A DNA stretch of 58,984 bases, counting the filler, from Sphacelaria rigidula (lineage: Eukaryota), in NCBI GenBank assembly GCA_964200075.2. It is 3 parts of 3 records of this genome, joined end to end, with 100 filler letters (N's around TTAATTAATTAA, not from the genome) between each part and the next. Parts side by side here need not be neighbours in the genome. Positions count along the whole stretch, not along the records: positions 1 to 19,609 come from CAXNAA020000640.1; 2 more parts are not named here. The stretch is one strand, 5' to 3'. The first letter of the stretch is position 1. Each line of letters starts with the position of its first letter. This document shows, one piece after another, positions 1 through 13,500 of the stretch. Made by a program: the position numbers and the translations under genes. The notes below the pieces were generated by a model. It had not been told where the DNA came from and ran no database searches. It saw only the letters and a list, made by a program, of their open reading frames with translations.

Positions 1-729
1 CAATCGTATCATCTACTCTCAATCTCACGAAAACACTGTTAATAGTTGACACTGTATGTACTATAGTACACTTTGTAACAAGGTAGTATATTGTCGTTGT
101 TCAGGGTGTGGGTGATCGTGCTCATGGTCATCAACCAATGCTCAATCCTTAATCATGAAGTTTGAAGCCTAGGGAAGACGCGGATCTCTTGTATTGGTGA
201 CTAGTCTCGAGGAAAACGGGGTGTTTTGTGTTGAGGTGAAAATGATGTATTACTATGTCACGCATACTCGATTCGAGTTCGACCATAATCTTTCGAAGTC
301 CTGTAGCCACCAATCAACCGGTGCGTGTTCGCGAGTCAAGGCCATTTGCTTCTCTCCTCTGTTTTTTTTTCAGGCACCCCTTTGACTCTTGAGTACCGAC
401 GTGTGCCGCAATAAGTCGACATCGCACGAATACATATCATAATGAACCCGTCAACGGCGAACACTTTAAACTTCGAATATTTATGCTGTTGAAATCCACA
501 GTATAATCCACCGTATGCATTTGCGATGGGAGAGTGAATATTCCGTGCACATGACAGATTGACGAATAATTTGATCATTGCAAACTATAATCAGTATATT
601 TGATGTGTGACTCACAGAGAATTCTGTCCAGCGCTCACAAAAATCAGCATGTTCGCAGGCTATGAATAATGACCTGATGTATTGTATAATACGTGTGCAA
701 CATGCTATATCTGCCGTGCTGTCTCGCAG

Positions 730-1513
730 AGGACCGCAGCGAAGGCGTGGAAGGGGGGTTCCTGGAATTTCTCACAGGTTAGATGGCGGTGTGTACAGGA
801 GTTGCTACAGCAGACTGCCACCTTCTCTGGAGGAGCTGGTGGACATGCGCCAGACTGACGCAGGGGGCAGGGTGGTGTTGCCCAGGGAGCACCGCCAGCA
901 CGAAAGGCGCAAGAGCATCGGGAACTGCATCATGTGAGTGAATTGCGTCCCGTCGGCGTCGCCTCGGTACGAAAAAAGATTCTGAGGCGAATGTAGTAGT
1001 TGGTTTTTGGGAGTGATAGTAGGCGAGTTGGGTACTCCGGAGGGGGCTGGGACGCAGCGCATCAAGCGCTCAAGAATATGAATGCGTGGTCACCGATGTT
1101 TTCTAGAGTATGAGTCTTTCTCGCTGCCTACAGATTGCCAGTTAGAAGGAAATAGCAATATGCCGGTCGCCCTGGCGGCTCAGTTGGTAACCTCGAAACC
1201 CTCTGACGGTTAGGTTGTAGGTTGGAATCTTGGTGAAGTTACACGAAGAAGGGATTATTTCTCACACCATGCCCAACAGTGGAGAGCGATTATGCCGTGG
1301 GTATACATGATTCGACTTAACGGCCGACAAGGGAAAGGGACCGCTGAACCCCTCTCGCGATGAAAAATAGGGCAGACACCGCAGAAGGGAGAGTACTAAA
1401 ACAAGAGAAAACAAAAAAAAAACTCCTCTGTTGGCTTTCCTTCGGTGTGACCCCGGCTGATGCACCCACATACACCGAAAGGTGAACACTGGCGTCCAGA
1501 ATGGATGGGATGC

Positions 1514-1562
<49 letters not shown>

Positions 1563-4500
1563 CCTGGGAACACAAACCGGCATGTGTTGCCCTTAGATAG
1601 CGACTCCCCGCAGGTGGTCTTAGTTGGACTATGGTACATTTGGGGTTCAGAACAGCTCTTTTCTCCCTACACAACATATTTTCATGAACATGTGGATGTT
1701 TGACATTTTTATAGAAAATAGTACCGGAGAACCCCTGACCAGTGACCCTGCAGCCTATTGGGTGCAGTCAGTATGTGTGGATGCCTGCGCTGGATACAAC
1801 AACAAACAGTAAGCGCGCCATCGCTCTCCACTGAACACAGTCGACTGCATGCTGCTAGTGTCTCTCCTTACTGCCCATGTAATCTATGGTTTAAATGCCA
1901 CGATCAAAATTAGATATACGGCTAGACATCGAGGTAGTCCACCAATAGTCGATCCGTAGGGGAGCCAAGTGACCATTTTGTCAGCCGTGATGGATCAGCA
2001 TGGTCGTTCCGCCCCTCTTGGGCCTCGTTTCTTGCTTAGAATCTTCCGCGGGAATAATTCAAACACACGTGGTGGACTTCTAGACATGTCCGGCTGCTCC
2101 GCGGACAGACACCCTGCCCCCACAAAAACAACTCCCCCGCTCCCTGGACACGCCAGGATGTCTCCGCACTGTCGGCCTGGGAAACTATTCCAAGGCGACG
2201 CTCGCTGTCCGAGAGTTAACCCCTTGACCGCGTGGGTAGGTCATTTGGCCATGCATTAGTTTTTCAAGTGAAATTGATGCGTTGAAAGGGTTACTGCGAA
2301 TTAAATGGCTTCGTGTTGTCATCAAGTTTTGCTCTTCCTTCTAACTCTGAACAAGTTTGTTTATTTTTCTCTCGACTGTGATCAGACGTCGGAAAACAAA
2401 GGAAGCATTGGAGAACCTCATATTGTCCGAGGTTGGCGACGTACGGGCTGTGTACGACGTGAGCGATAGCTCGGCAAGGAGAACAAGCAAGGTGGACTTG
2501 GCAGAGGCAGCCGGTTCCAAGGGGGTAGGGGCCATCCTCGGAGTAGGGATCTCCGGCTTAGTGCAGGTCCGTGGTAATTGGCAGCAGCGTGGGATCTGGT
2601 GTCTTGAGCTTTCGGGAAGTGCGACTTGTACCCTTGCTGGGACTTGGGTCGTGTATCTTGGCACATATTTGAAAGCTTTCTATTGTGCCGTTTTATGAGA
2701 CATGACATGCGTAGTCTCGTCTTCCGAGTAACTTTCTGCGCGCTCGTGGTCACCTTGATCGTTTTTTCGCGACTATGGAATGTGGCGATGCCTGTGACAC
2801 ATTCCTGCGATGCAGGTTGTTCGTCATAAGAAGAGCGGCGTGGCGTACGCAATGAAAACGCTGAGGCTTGGAAGGCTGGAGGACTTCCACAAGGTGTGCC
2901 TCATTGCAGTGAGATCAGCACCCGACACACGTACACTCATATATTTATATATATATATATATATACAGCGGGCGGTAAACTACATTTTTGTCGTGGTCAG
3001 ATCGCCCACATATATTTGCTGCTGCCAAGGATTCAGAGGTGGTTAGGGTACGGTATTGTACGAGTAACGTTCTCGGCGTGTCAGGTACCGTACTCTGGAA
3101 TACTCGCTATTTGAGGCAGTCGATGTCTTGACACATCCTTGGGTACTGGGGCACTGCGAATACGCTGAACCGAGGGTACCTTCGAGGACGGTATCCTAAC
3201 CTGAACAGTATAAAGCACCTTTGCAAGGTTTCCCACGTGCACAGTAGTTGTCATCGTGTGCGGTCAACGTCAGACTCATACAGTACGCGTGAGCGAGTGT
3301 TTTGGTCCGTGTTCCCGGGGGTCGGTACCCCTTACAGTATCGCCTTAGTGATGTCCTGCTGGAACCGGAGACGAGTGCTGTCGTTCGCTCGGAGGGTACA
3401 GAGAAGCGTAGCAGGCTGTGAGGACAGCTTCGGAGCGTCTTCGGGTTCTGTGCGACTTGAAGGTCTCGAAAGCATGCTAGGTCCATGGAAGTGTTACCTC
3501 GTGGGTCGCGTCGTGTCGTGTCCCAGCCTGTCTGTGTGGCAATGCCAGCGTCCAAGCCTCAGGTCCATGTTCGGAAGCTCGTGCGCACGGGTGAGCAAAA
3601 TTGCGTACAGAAAAATGACGATGTGACGTTTGTATCCAAGTTTTCATTGTCTGTTGATGCTTGTGTATATATTTCCTTGTTTGTGTCAGACGGACGAGCT
3701 GCGGAACGAGATCATGGTGATGTCGCAGCTCAACCACCCCAACATCTGCCGTCTGCTCGAGATTTATGAGTCACCGACGAGGTGCGAACGCGCTGACTTG
3801 TCACGATCGAACGCACTGACTTGTCATGATCTCAACATTAGATTATGATTTCTATGAGGGACGCGCTTGCCTTTGCGACATTTGCCTTCGTGATGGCATC
3901 AGCACAACCGTGGCCGTTACATAAAGATACTCTGTTCATTGACCATGTATTCAAGAGGCAACGGTATTCATTCATGTACTGTACATTTAGCGACACTGCG
4001 CGGATTTCTTACGAAGGACAAGTTCATGGTGTAGTACAGCAGTAGAGGCACGTCAAGATTACTGCTTTTTTGGCCTGACCTTTTCTCCGTTTCTCATGCA
4101 CAAATACATGAGTTTACAGAGCTGTCATTGTTGTCATTTCCAGCACCTGGAGAACATGTGTCCAAACACTCTGTGGGTTACAGCACGCAAACATAACGGT
4201 GTGTCGCGCAGTTTTTGAATGCAGTCTGCGTTAGTGCCGCTGGTCGGGAATTCATGTTGTACGTGGTGGTCGGCTCAACCTTCCCTGTCCTACAGATCGT
4301 GTTGTTGCGATGCTTCATTTGTCACCTTTGTTCTGATTCTGGGCGTGTCACATGCTACAGGGATAGCATTTGCCTGATCCTCGAGTTGTGCACGGGAGGA
4401 GAGCTACTTTCGCGCCTCAACAAAGTCGTGAGTGATACCTTAGCGGTAACGATAGGCTGCTCGTATCGACAGCCTTGATTGTGTAGGGTACTTCGGCTGG

Positions 4501-7500
4501 ACGGCGTAACCTGCTGTTGATGAAGCGCTGCTGCTTGCTTGCTTGCATTTTTACTCTTCAGCTGTTGCAGTCCTGCGGAAATTGTTGCCAACGTTGAAAG
4601 TCGACCACTGCCGATTGATGGCGTCCGTTGGAAGATGACCAATTGGAACACCTCCTGGTCCATATCGTTTAATCCGGTTTCCCCGAACGTACAGTACACC
4701 AACAACCGTTCTTTTGCAGGCGAGAGCTGACTTGACAAGCCGCGTTTTAGTGTGTGGTACTCACACATCGCAGACTCGATTGCGACAAGTGTTCAGTCGT
4801 TACAAGCACTCCGATCATGAATGGTGTGCATTGCTCTCCCTTGCTCTCGCAAACATGACAGGGCCACTATTCCGAAAAGAGGTGCATGGAGCTGGTGAGG
4901 AAGATGCTATTGGCAGTGAGGCACTGCCACTCGCACGGCCTCTGCCACAGAGATCTCAAGGTGCGCTCGCTTCCGGTAGAATTAACCCGAAAAATGGCAC
5001 TTGTACACTTTAGCCAGCGCCCCGGTGGTTCAGTCGGTAACCTCGAACCCTTCCGACGAACAGGTCGTGGATTTGAATCTCAGAGTGATCTGGCTTTTTT
5101 TCTCACACAATGCCCAACAGCGGAGAGCGACTATGTCGTGGGTTGTTGTTGTTATACTGTACTGTAGTGCGCGCCACGGATTAAGTTGGAAACTTCCATG
5201 ATTACTCCCTGCCTTTTGGTCGCAAATGGCCTCAGCAACCGTTTGCGAACGTAAATCTTGTCCGTTGATTGGTGCATCCAGCTGGAGAACTGGGTGTTCG
5301 AGTCGGACAAACCTGATGCCGAGCTGAAGCTGATTGACTTCGGCTTGTCGACACACTTCGACAAGGTAGGGAATGGATTTCGTAATTTTTTGGTTTCGGC
5401 GCGTTGTTGCGGCTAACGGCTGTGGTCTAGTACAATAGTCACACTGCACCGTCAGTAATATCCGCGCGAACTCACAAACGGCCCCTCTGCAAACTGCAAG
5501 CGTTCATGATCGAGTTTTGTCGAAGTCAGCCACCCGGAAATCGAAGAGCTATTTGACCCACGATCATACGTTGAACGTCGCAAACATGGCAACATTTCAT
5601 ACGAACGTTCAAAGCATGATGCCAGTTTCATATTGGAGTAAGGTGCACCTGGGCTTGTATGATGAGCCGTACAAACCACGGCATTGCGAGAATGGACTTA
5701 CTCACTCACTCTGAAGTTCTCCCCCGTAATCTTCACTTTTATTTCGAGGATTTTTTTCGCTCACGTTCATTCAGTATAGAAGGCACATGTCGTTGGATTG
5801 TAGGCGAAAACTTCAAGTTATTCTCCATGCTGATGCTGATGGTTCCCACATCCTTGATGCATGCCTTTTACATATCATCTTTTCATTTTGGGAGGTGATA
5901 GTTTTTCGCGAGTATTGTTTGATATTGTGCGCAACATATTCCTACCGAGCGTATACGAGCACTCACGGGGAGCACACGGGTTCACCTTTTTTGTGTGGGG
6001 TGGTATGAAAAGTTGAGCGTGGTTTACAAACAGCTTTAAGGATAAGATAGGCAGACCTTTACGCACTGCCTACAGACCCATTGGGTGTCGAAACTCCAAC
6101 GATAGTAGCTTGCACCCCATCAGCCGATTTGTTAGTATGATATCTTGAGTACTGTATTGAGGTCAAAAAGACATCACCGTAGTCTGCTGATATTGAAAGG
6201 TGTGCTGATGAGGAAATAAATTTGCTGTGTGAGTTCAGTATGGTATCAAAGTTACTGGCTTTCAGTGTGCGAAATGCACTGATCGGTTTCGCCCGGCCTC
6301 GCACAGTGCATGTTCGGTCCAAAAGCGAGGGATGGTTCACTGCCTCCAGCTGTTTAGTAAGGGACCTTGAGTTCTGCTGTGTTTTTACTGTAGAAAATGA
6401 CTTACTGCGGTGGAAAACAGCGATCGTCGGTACTAAAATACTACGATCATGGGGGTAAAAACGAAAGGTATGGTGACCGTCGAGCTCGTGAACACATCTT
6501 CGCCCCTTTGTTTTGTTTGTTTTCCTTTAAAGGAAGGAGGAAACCTTAAGGCTCGGCCAGTATTTTGTGTGTATTGAGTGCTAGCATAGTGTGTAAGCAT
6601 GCTGTCCCTTGTGGTCGCACTCCACGCACGCTTGACAGTGTTTCTTGTTAATGGTGTACTGCTACATTATTGCCTGAGTCCATTGAATGTGCTCTTTCTC
6701 TTCCAGAGGTCAACTGAATTGTTTACTTTCCTTTTTTCCGAATCGTATGTTTGCTGTTGTTACGTTCCAGGACGAGGTGATGCACGTGCCTGTAGGCACG
6801 CCTTACAGCATAGCACCCGAGTGCCTGTCGGGAGCGTACACGGTACAGTGCGACTTATGGTCGGTTGGTGTGCTGACGTTTATGCTGCTCGCCGGAAAGC
6901 CTCCCTTCACTGGAAGGTACAACGAGATGGCAGCTGACAAGTAGAGCGTGATGTACGTACTCCCCATCATTTACTGATGTTCGCAGCTGAGTAGTGTCTC
7001 ATTTAGCCTCATTTAGCCTCATTTAGCCCCGTGATTGATGTCATGATCCTTCGGACAGTCGTGGGTATGTGTATATATATATATATATATCTTTGCCTTG
7101 AATTTGGACTTGAAATGTATATTGTACTCGTGATGTGTTTGGCCTTTGACGTTTTTCACGACCCTAAGTACTTGATTTTTTGTGGTTGTGTGACAGATTA
7201 GAACTTTTTTCACTCACCGAGTGCAACGAATACCTTCGACACTGACTGTTCCAAGGTTTTGCTCGGTAGGGTACGATTTTTTGTATACCCGGGGTATTCA
7301 CCCAGACATTACACGCACCCGACAGTTTTGTGGGTTCTGCAAGCCTCTCAAACCGGTATCCGACAGTTCTGTGAGTTCTGTACGAAATTGTTCACCCTCA
7401 CCCGTGGCGCGGATATTCCCTTGTAAAAATACCCGGTTGTAGGTAAGGGTTGAGTTGTGCTGTAGGATAGGATTTTTTGTATACCCGCGGTGTTTACCCG

Positions 7501-10500
7501 GTTATTACCTCTAACCGACAGGTTCTGTGAGTTCTGAAAGCCTTTCATGCCGGTACCCGACCGCTCTTTGAGTTCTGTAAGCCGCCCATACCGGCACCCA
7601 ACGGTTCTGGTATGACATGTACGATCTGAAGGGAATTTTCACCCCTACCCAGGGCACGGGTATATCCTTTTGGAAATACCCGGTTGCGGGTAAGGGTTTG
7701 TGTACACACTGCACCCGACAGGTTCTGTAAGCTCTGCAATACTTCCACACGGATACCCGACAGTTCTGTAAGTTCTGAAAGAACCTCACACCCTACCGAG
7801 TATGCCCGTATCCTACAAACGACAACCTTGTATTGATCCGTTTTACACAGAGTTGAGGTGCCCGTGCAGTAGCAAGTGATGTACACAGAAATACTTGGTG
7901 TGAATGTGCACTTTTTTTCTTGTATTCCAACATGGAAATGGCACAGTTATAGCAAAGGCATCGTGGGTGAATGAAGGATGTTTGAGCTTCTCACCGTCGT
8001 TTCTTTATTACACTCGATATTATCAATCATGTGTATATATCTTGAGTTGAGTGGTTGATCAATAATAGGGTTCGTTAACAAAACAACACACTTCGTTGAA
8101 GGTATCGCAAGAAATTACCGTTTAGTTTATTTTCGGGTCCTACACACTTCCGATAGCTGCAGCAAACCAAACGAACATGTGTGCAAGAGAACCTTATACA
8201 GATCGTCAATTTCACTGTGCATGATCTAATGGTCCGACGATATTACCGTGCCACCTGTGGTGCCCAACTGTTGATCGGGCAGGGACGATTTCGAAGTTCT
8301 CGAGGCCGTCAAGGCGGGGAAATGGGTGTGGCCTCCCTCGGTGAAGGTTTCCGACACAGCTAAGGCATTCGTAGCGGGTCTGCTCGTCGTAGACCCCAGG
8401 AAACGGATGACCGGGGAGCAGGCGCTCAACCATCCATGGCTGGTGGAGGTCAGTTTGTTGCGAGAATAGTTGATCAGATAACGGAGTTATCGGCATGAGC
8501 AAGTATCAGGCACGACGCCAGGACGATTTTGGTCTGAACAGTCAACACTAGTGCACCCTTTCCGAAGTGCAGCGGGAGCAGCATTGCTGCACTATACTGG
8601 TAACAGTACAACTACTTGAACAGTGCAATTATTTGAGAATCGTACAGCATATCAGACTTTGCGACAGGCGATTTCGACCGCATTATACTGCCACGCCACG
8701 GCGATCTTACTGACGTTTTGATAGCTAGCAAGCTCTGAGCGGAAGATTGCGGGTTTGAATCCCGACAGGAAGACCCGACCTTTTTTTAGCACAATCTGGT
8801 TTCCGTCATTGCAAGCGTAAGGGTGCGAGAAGCATGAAAAAATGGACAAAAGTCCATGGGGTGCGAGAGTGCCGGTCCAAATCCTCGGAAGAAATGTCAG
8901 AGAGGCAGGTACTGGGGGAAAGATGAGTTGACCGCTTGAGACTACGGACTCGTTCTGGGGAAGGGAAATGCGTAGAAGTTTGTGAAGAGGAAAAACGGGA
9001 GCGTAGAACAACGCGCTTCCACGAGCCGCACTACGGTAAGACCGCCACTGTCGGCGTCGGTTCTGCGACCTGTTCGACACCCCCCAAAAGTTCAGTCCCA
9101 GCGACCACTGCGAATATGACCTCTAGTTTTTGCTTAAGTTCACACCGTAAATATGTCATTATTTCGGCTAAACTACACTATAGGGCGTTCAGAAATTGCG
9201 GGACAGGATGTCACACATGGAAACGCCTCAGAACTTCAGTTAACTGCACATAGTTTAGTAGTAGAAATGATGTAATTTGCTTCGTAGTGATATGACGCAA
9301 TTTGCTTCGGCAATTTGAGATTTTTAATCTGTGAGTGTTCATGTGCCTTCTTTTGCTTTCACCTTCAGTGACTACACGAGACCCCGAACTTGAAAACAGA
9401 CGGTAACTGCAAGAGAACCCAGAGTTGAGGGAAAGAGTACCATCTCATGGGCGCGGATGTTATGTTAAGCCGCTTGTGTTGTTGACAAGAAAAAAATCAA
9501 AGCAATGGGCCGTAGGTAATCATGCACAGTATACTCGTATCCATACGGAGCATATGTCCCGGGCGACCAGAGACCCACGCTCCATGCTCTCATCAAGTAT
9601 GGTAGACACCGCGCATCCATAAGATCCAGTCACCGCGAGATCCGAACAAGTTGTTTTCAACGACGCAGATTTAGGCGGTGTGGTCACCGCAGTTTACGGA
9701 AAGCTTTCTGTTAATAGCCTGCTTTACAGGTGCGTTGCCTGCCCTCGATTTTTCGGTCATTTCTTTGCTCCACGTGCGCACTGGCTGTCCACTCCATTCT
9801 GGAAGGAAGCTTGACATTCAACATGGATAACCTCCCTTGCTGCGTGTAGGTCTGCGATGTGTACATGCATTGTTCGTGGAGCTTTTCCTCTTTTAGACCA
9901 ACGGGAACGAACACCCGCGGAAATGTGTGTGAGCGTGAAGAGAAGAGTGCATTTGTCTGTGTTCTTTTTTTTTTGTAGAAACTGTATTTTATTTTTGTTG
10001 TTGTTTGTTTTTCGAGCTGTTTCCTTCTGTCCGTGCGATTATCGTGTCTCATCGCGCTCCTCTGGTCTTCCGTGTTCCCTCGCTCTCTGTCTTGTATGCA
10101 GTCGAGAAAGCAGTCGGAGCCGGAACTGCCAAGTCCCGTCGTGATGGACTCTCTTCATATCTTTGAGTCGTTAGGCACCATCAAGAAACTCGTGCTAAGG
10201 ATGATCGCCTACACCCTGGAGGACTGGCAGGTGATCGGGTGCCCACGCCTTTCGACTGTTACCCCCATTGCCAAAATTTTCATTCCTGTCCACGAATATA
10301 CCCCTTGTGAATTGAGTGCCGTCATTATGAATTCATTTGCCAGCAATGCGCGCATGAATCATGGTGTGGCGGCACCCCCGTAGGTATGGCCGATTCTTGC
10401 AAGACAAGCTAATTATAAGCTCTTCATCTAAGACCATGTACAAGCTGAGCCAGCCAAGGCTCCGTAGCCAAAGGTAACAGGCTATGCCCGCCACAGTTCT

Positions 10501-13500
10501 TCGAACTCCGGGGTGGAATATTGACACCAGGTACACAACACATATATCTACCCTGTCAAAGCGATATTCCTTTCTTTTAATTGAATCTTATCCCAAGTCA
10601 GCGCAATGCAATCTTTTTGGGCTGTCTTGGGCTCCCTTAACGTAAGTGGAGAAAAAAATGGAAGATGACGTTGACAAGGGAGGCCTAGGGGTTGCTTATC
10701 TCACGTCAAAATTTCACCCCGAAATTAAAAAAAAAATCGCTGCGCATCGTCGTTTTTCGCGTGATTATTCGGTACCATTATACTAGCCCCTGGTCTGACG
10801 GTCAGATCGCCACTATCAGGGTCGAGAAAACGTGAGTTTGATTCCCGCCAGGTGTTTTTTTTTCTTCTAATTTTTTGTGTGAATTTTTGTATCAGCACCC
10901 TTCGGTACACGAGGAGTTGTCGAAGCACACGCATGGCGATGTCCCGATCACAGGGATATGTTTATCTCGCGATGTGTCGCCGCGGTTTTTGACATGCTCG
11001 GGGGAATGTTTTTCAGGTTGTAGGCCGGCCCAGCTCGTGAGATATCCCCTGTATGCCTTCGGTATTCATCCACCATAAGGTGCCTTCGGCAGTATCTTCT
11101 TGGTAACGTGTCCGTATGCTGTGTCCACAATGACATTGGGGGTGAGCTTCGACCCAGACACGGGGTGAGCCCTTAACGTAGCACGGATGGCCCCTATGTT
11201 TGCTACCACAAGCAGTTTAGTTCTCAAAAGTCGCAGTTAGCTACAAGTGCTACTGCTGCAGAAGCAGCAAAGTCAGTCAAAACACTCGTAGAAAGTCCGA
11301 AAGAGCGCAGTTGTAATACTGGAATCCTGTGCGCCCCACCGCACCATGATGTATCTCGAGGCTGCCCTGCTTGTTTTCTTGACAATGTGTACGTGCATGT
11401 GCGTCTGTTGGGCTGATGATTGCTCTCTGGCCGTCTGACGAGCCGTACACCTCTGAAAAACGGATCTCGAACTCAATTTGTCCGTTCTCTGAGCCTGCTT
11501 TGCTCCGCTCGTGGGGAGAGTGATTGGAGCATGGAGAGTGCACGTGACCCACCCGAGAAGCAACTGGTGCCGCGGAGTAGTGCTTTCCATTAGATTGGTT
11601 CTTCGCGTGTAAATGTAACGGTTGTTTCGTTATAACGTCTTGAGAAATAGGTGGCGATGGTGTTGCCTGCGCGCATGAGCCACGATTACCAGAGTTGAAC
11701 CTCCTAGAGGTACCGTGAAACAGGTACATGTCGCCTTTGATACCGGGAATCGAAATCAAACCTTGGTGCAGAATCAGGAAATGTTGCTGATAATCTAGAC
11801 CTTGCTACAGAACTTGCTATTCCAACTTACCAGAAGTGTCGAATTGTGGCGTCTTCACCGACCTCCTATATTCGCTTTCGCGTATGTTGTTCCACAGAAT
11901 CTTGATCGCCTTGCCCACTTTGCCAGTTCACTTCGATGCACTGAACAAGAGCTCTTGAAATTACTTGGTTTCACTGTACGTCACGGTTTAAATAGGTTGG
12001 GGTGAAGCCATCCTCAAGTCACTTGTGACCCTTCCCCCACTTTTTTTGCTGGCAGGTGGAGTCTTTGCGACTAGAGTTCCGCAAGTGGGATGTGGCGTGC
12101 AACGGTCAAATCACTCTGAAAGATCTCAAGGCGGCGCTCGCACAACAAGGTCTTCTCAGCAAGGGCAACGATAACGTGGGGTTAGGCAAGATGCTGGACA
12201 GGGTGCAGGACAGGTTGGACGGCGCCGGAGTAATCAGGTGAGATACATATTCCATCGGTTGCTTTAGGAATGTTGCCCTGTGTTGCTTTTGGCGAGGTAC
12301 GCAATAATCAGGCCGGGTTTTTTTTTTTCGTTGTTGTTGGAAACACGACGGCATGAGCCAGCCTTCCTCTCGTCTTCTATATTCGCTGACTGGCTAGAAG
12401 GAGTGACCAAAGGCGTACGTACTCTTGCTCTTTTTTCTTCCAAAGAAAATTCAACAAGGCACCCCACCCGTTGCTTTACCCTCTGTTTCTTTGTAGTTCA
12501 TCGTACGATCACGCCTGTCTGACGGTACCATTTGGGGGGGGGCGTTGCTGTTGCGGTGACCGCACGTGCGGTGACCGCAACAAGCGTTCTTGAGGATGTC
12601 AAACCGCTGCGGGCGTTGAAGTCCCCGCAAACAAAGTGGGGGTAAACCCGTGCTTTTGTGTCATAATTCCGCCACCCTTACTTCCCCTAGCGCACGTCCC
12701 AGCTGCAGCAGCTGCGCACAGTAGCTCGATACTTACCTTCCCACAGTATAACCGTACTAGGCATCAACCGTGAGCACCCATGAACAACGCAATTGTATCC
12801 ATCGCTGCTCATGGTTGCCCACCCACGCACACCGATGCATCGAAAATAAGCCCAGTTCCATTTGGCGCACAGGTCCAGGGACCGCAGTGTTGCCCTTCGA
12901 AGTATCGCACCAGTGCTCACTCGCGACACTTCGCGTGGGTGCTGTCTCGCTGTCTTTGGCTTGAGTAGCGTCCTTGGGCTTGTGCATTGGCTGCACGTGA
13001 TGGCGCCATACAATTAGCCTATTGACATTGACACCGCGATGACAAGCCTATTCTGCCTTGAAGTGCTGTTGCCTTTATCCATTTGCAACATGACACATTC
13101 AGTCATGCGTAGTTCCGTCTAGGAACACAACCTACGTCTTCGCTCGTGTTGGAGGACTCGCCCATGCGTCGACGACCATGTACCGTGCTGTATCATCACG
13201 TCAGTCGTAACTCTGCGGCTGTGTGTTGTTCTCCCGCTGCTGTGCTGTCATGCGTAACACGGGAAAGGTACAACGATTTCTTGGCAGCCTCGCTCATGTC
13301 TTGGCAAGACCAGCGCATTCTCGATGACGACATACTCAAGGTTAGTCGTGACTACATACATACGCCGTCAGGTAGAGAGTACTCGAGGGCAAGATTTTGC
13401 GTAGACTATGTATACGTCACGTCGGGCACCGCATGATAGCATGCCAATGCCGTGGGTCGGAAATGATATCCTGTTAGCTGCGATTGCACTTTTCGCACGT

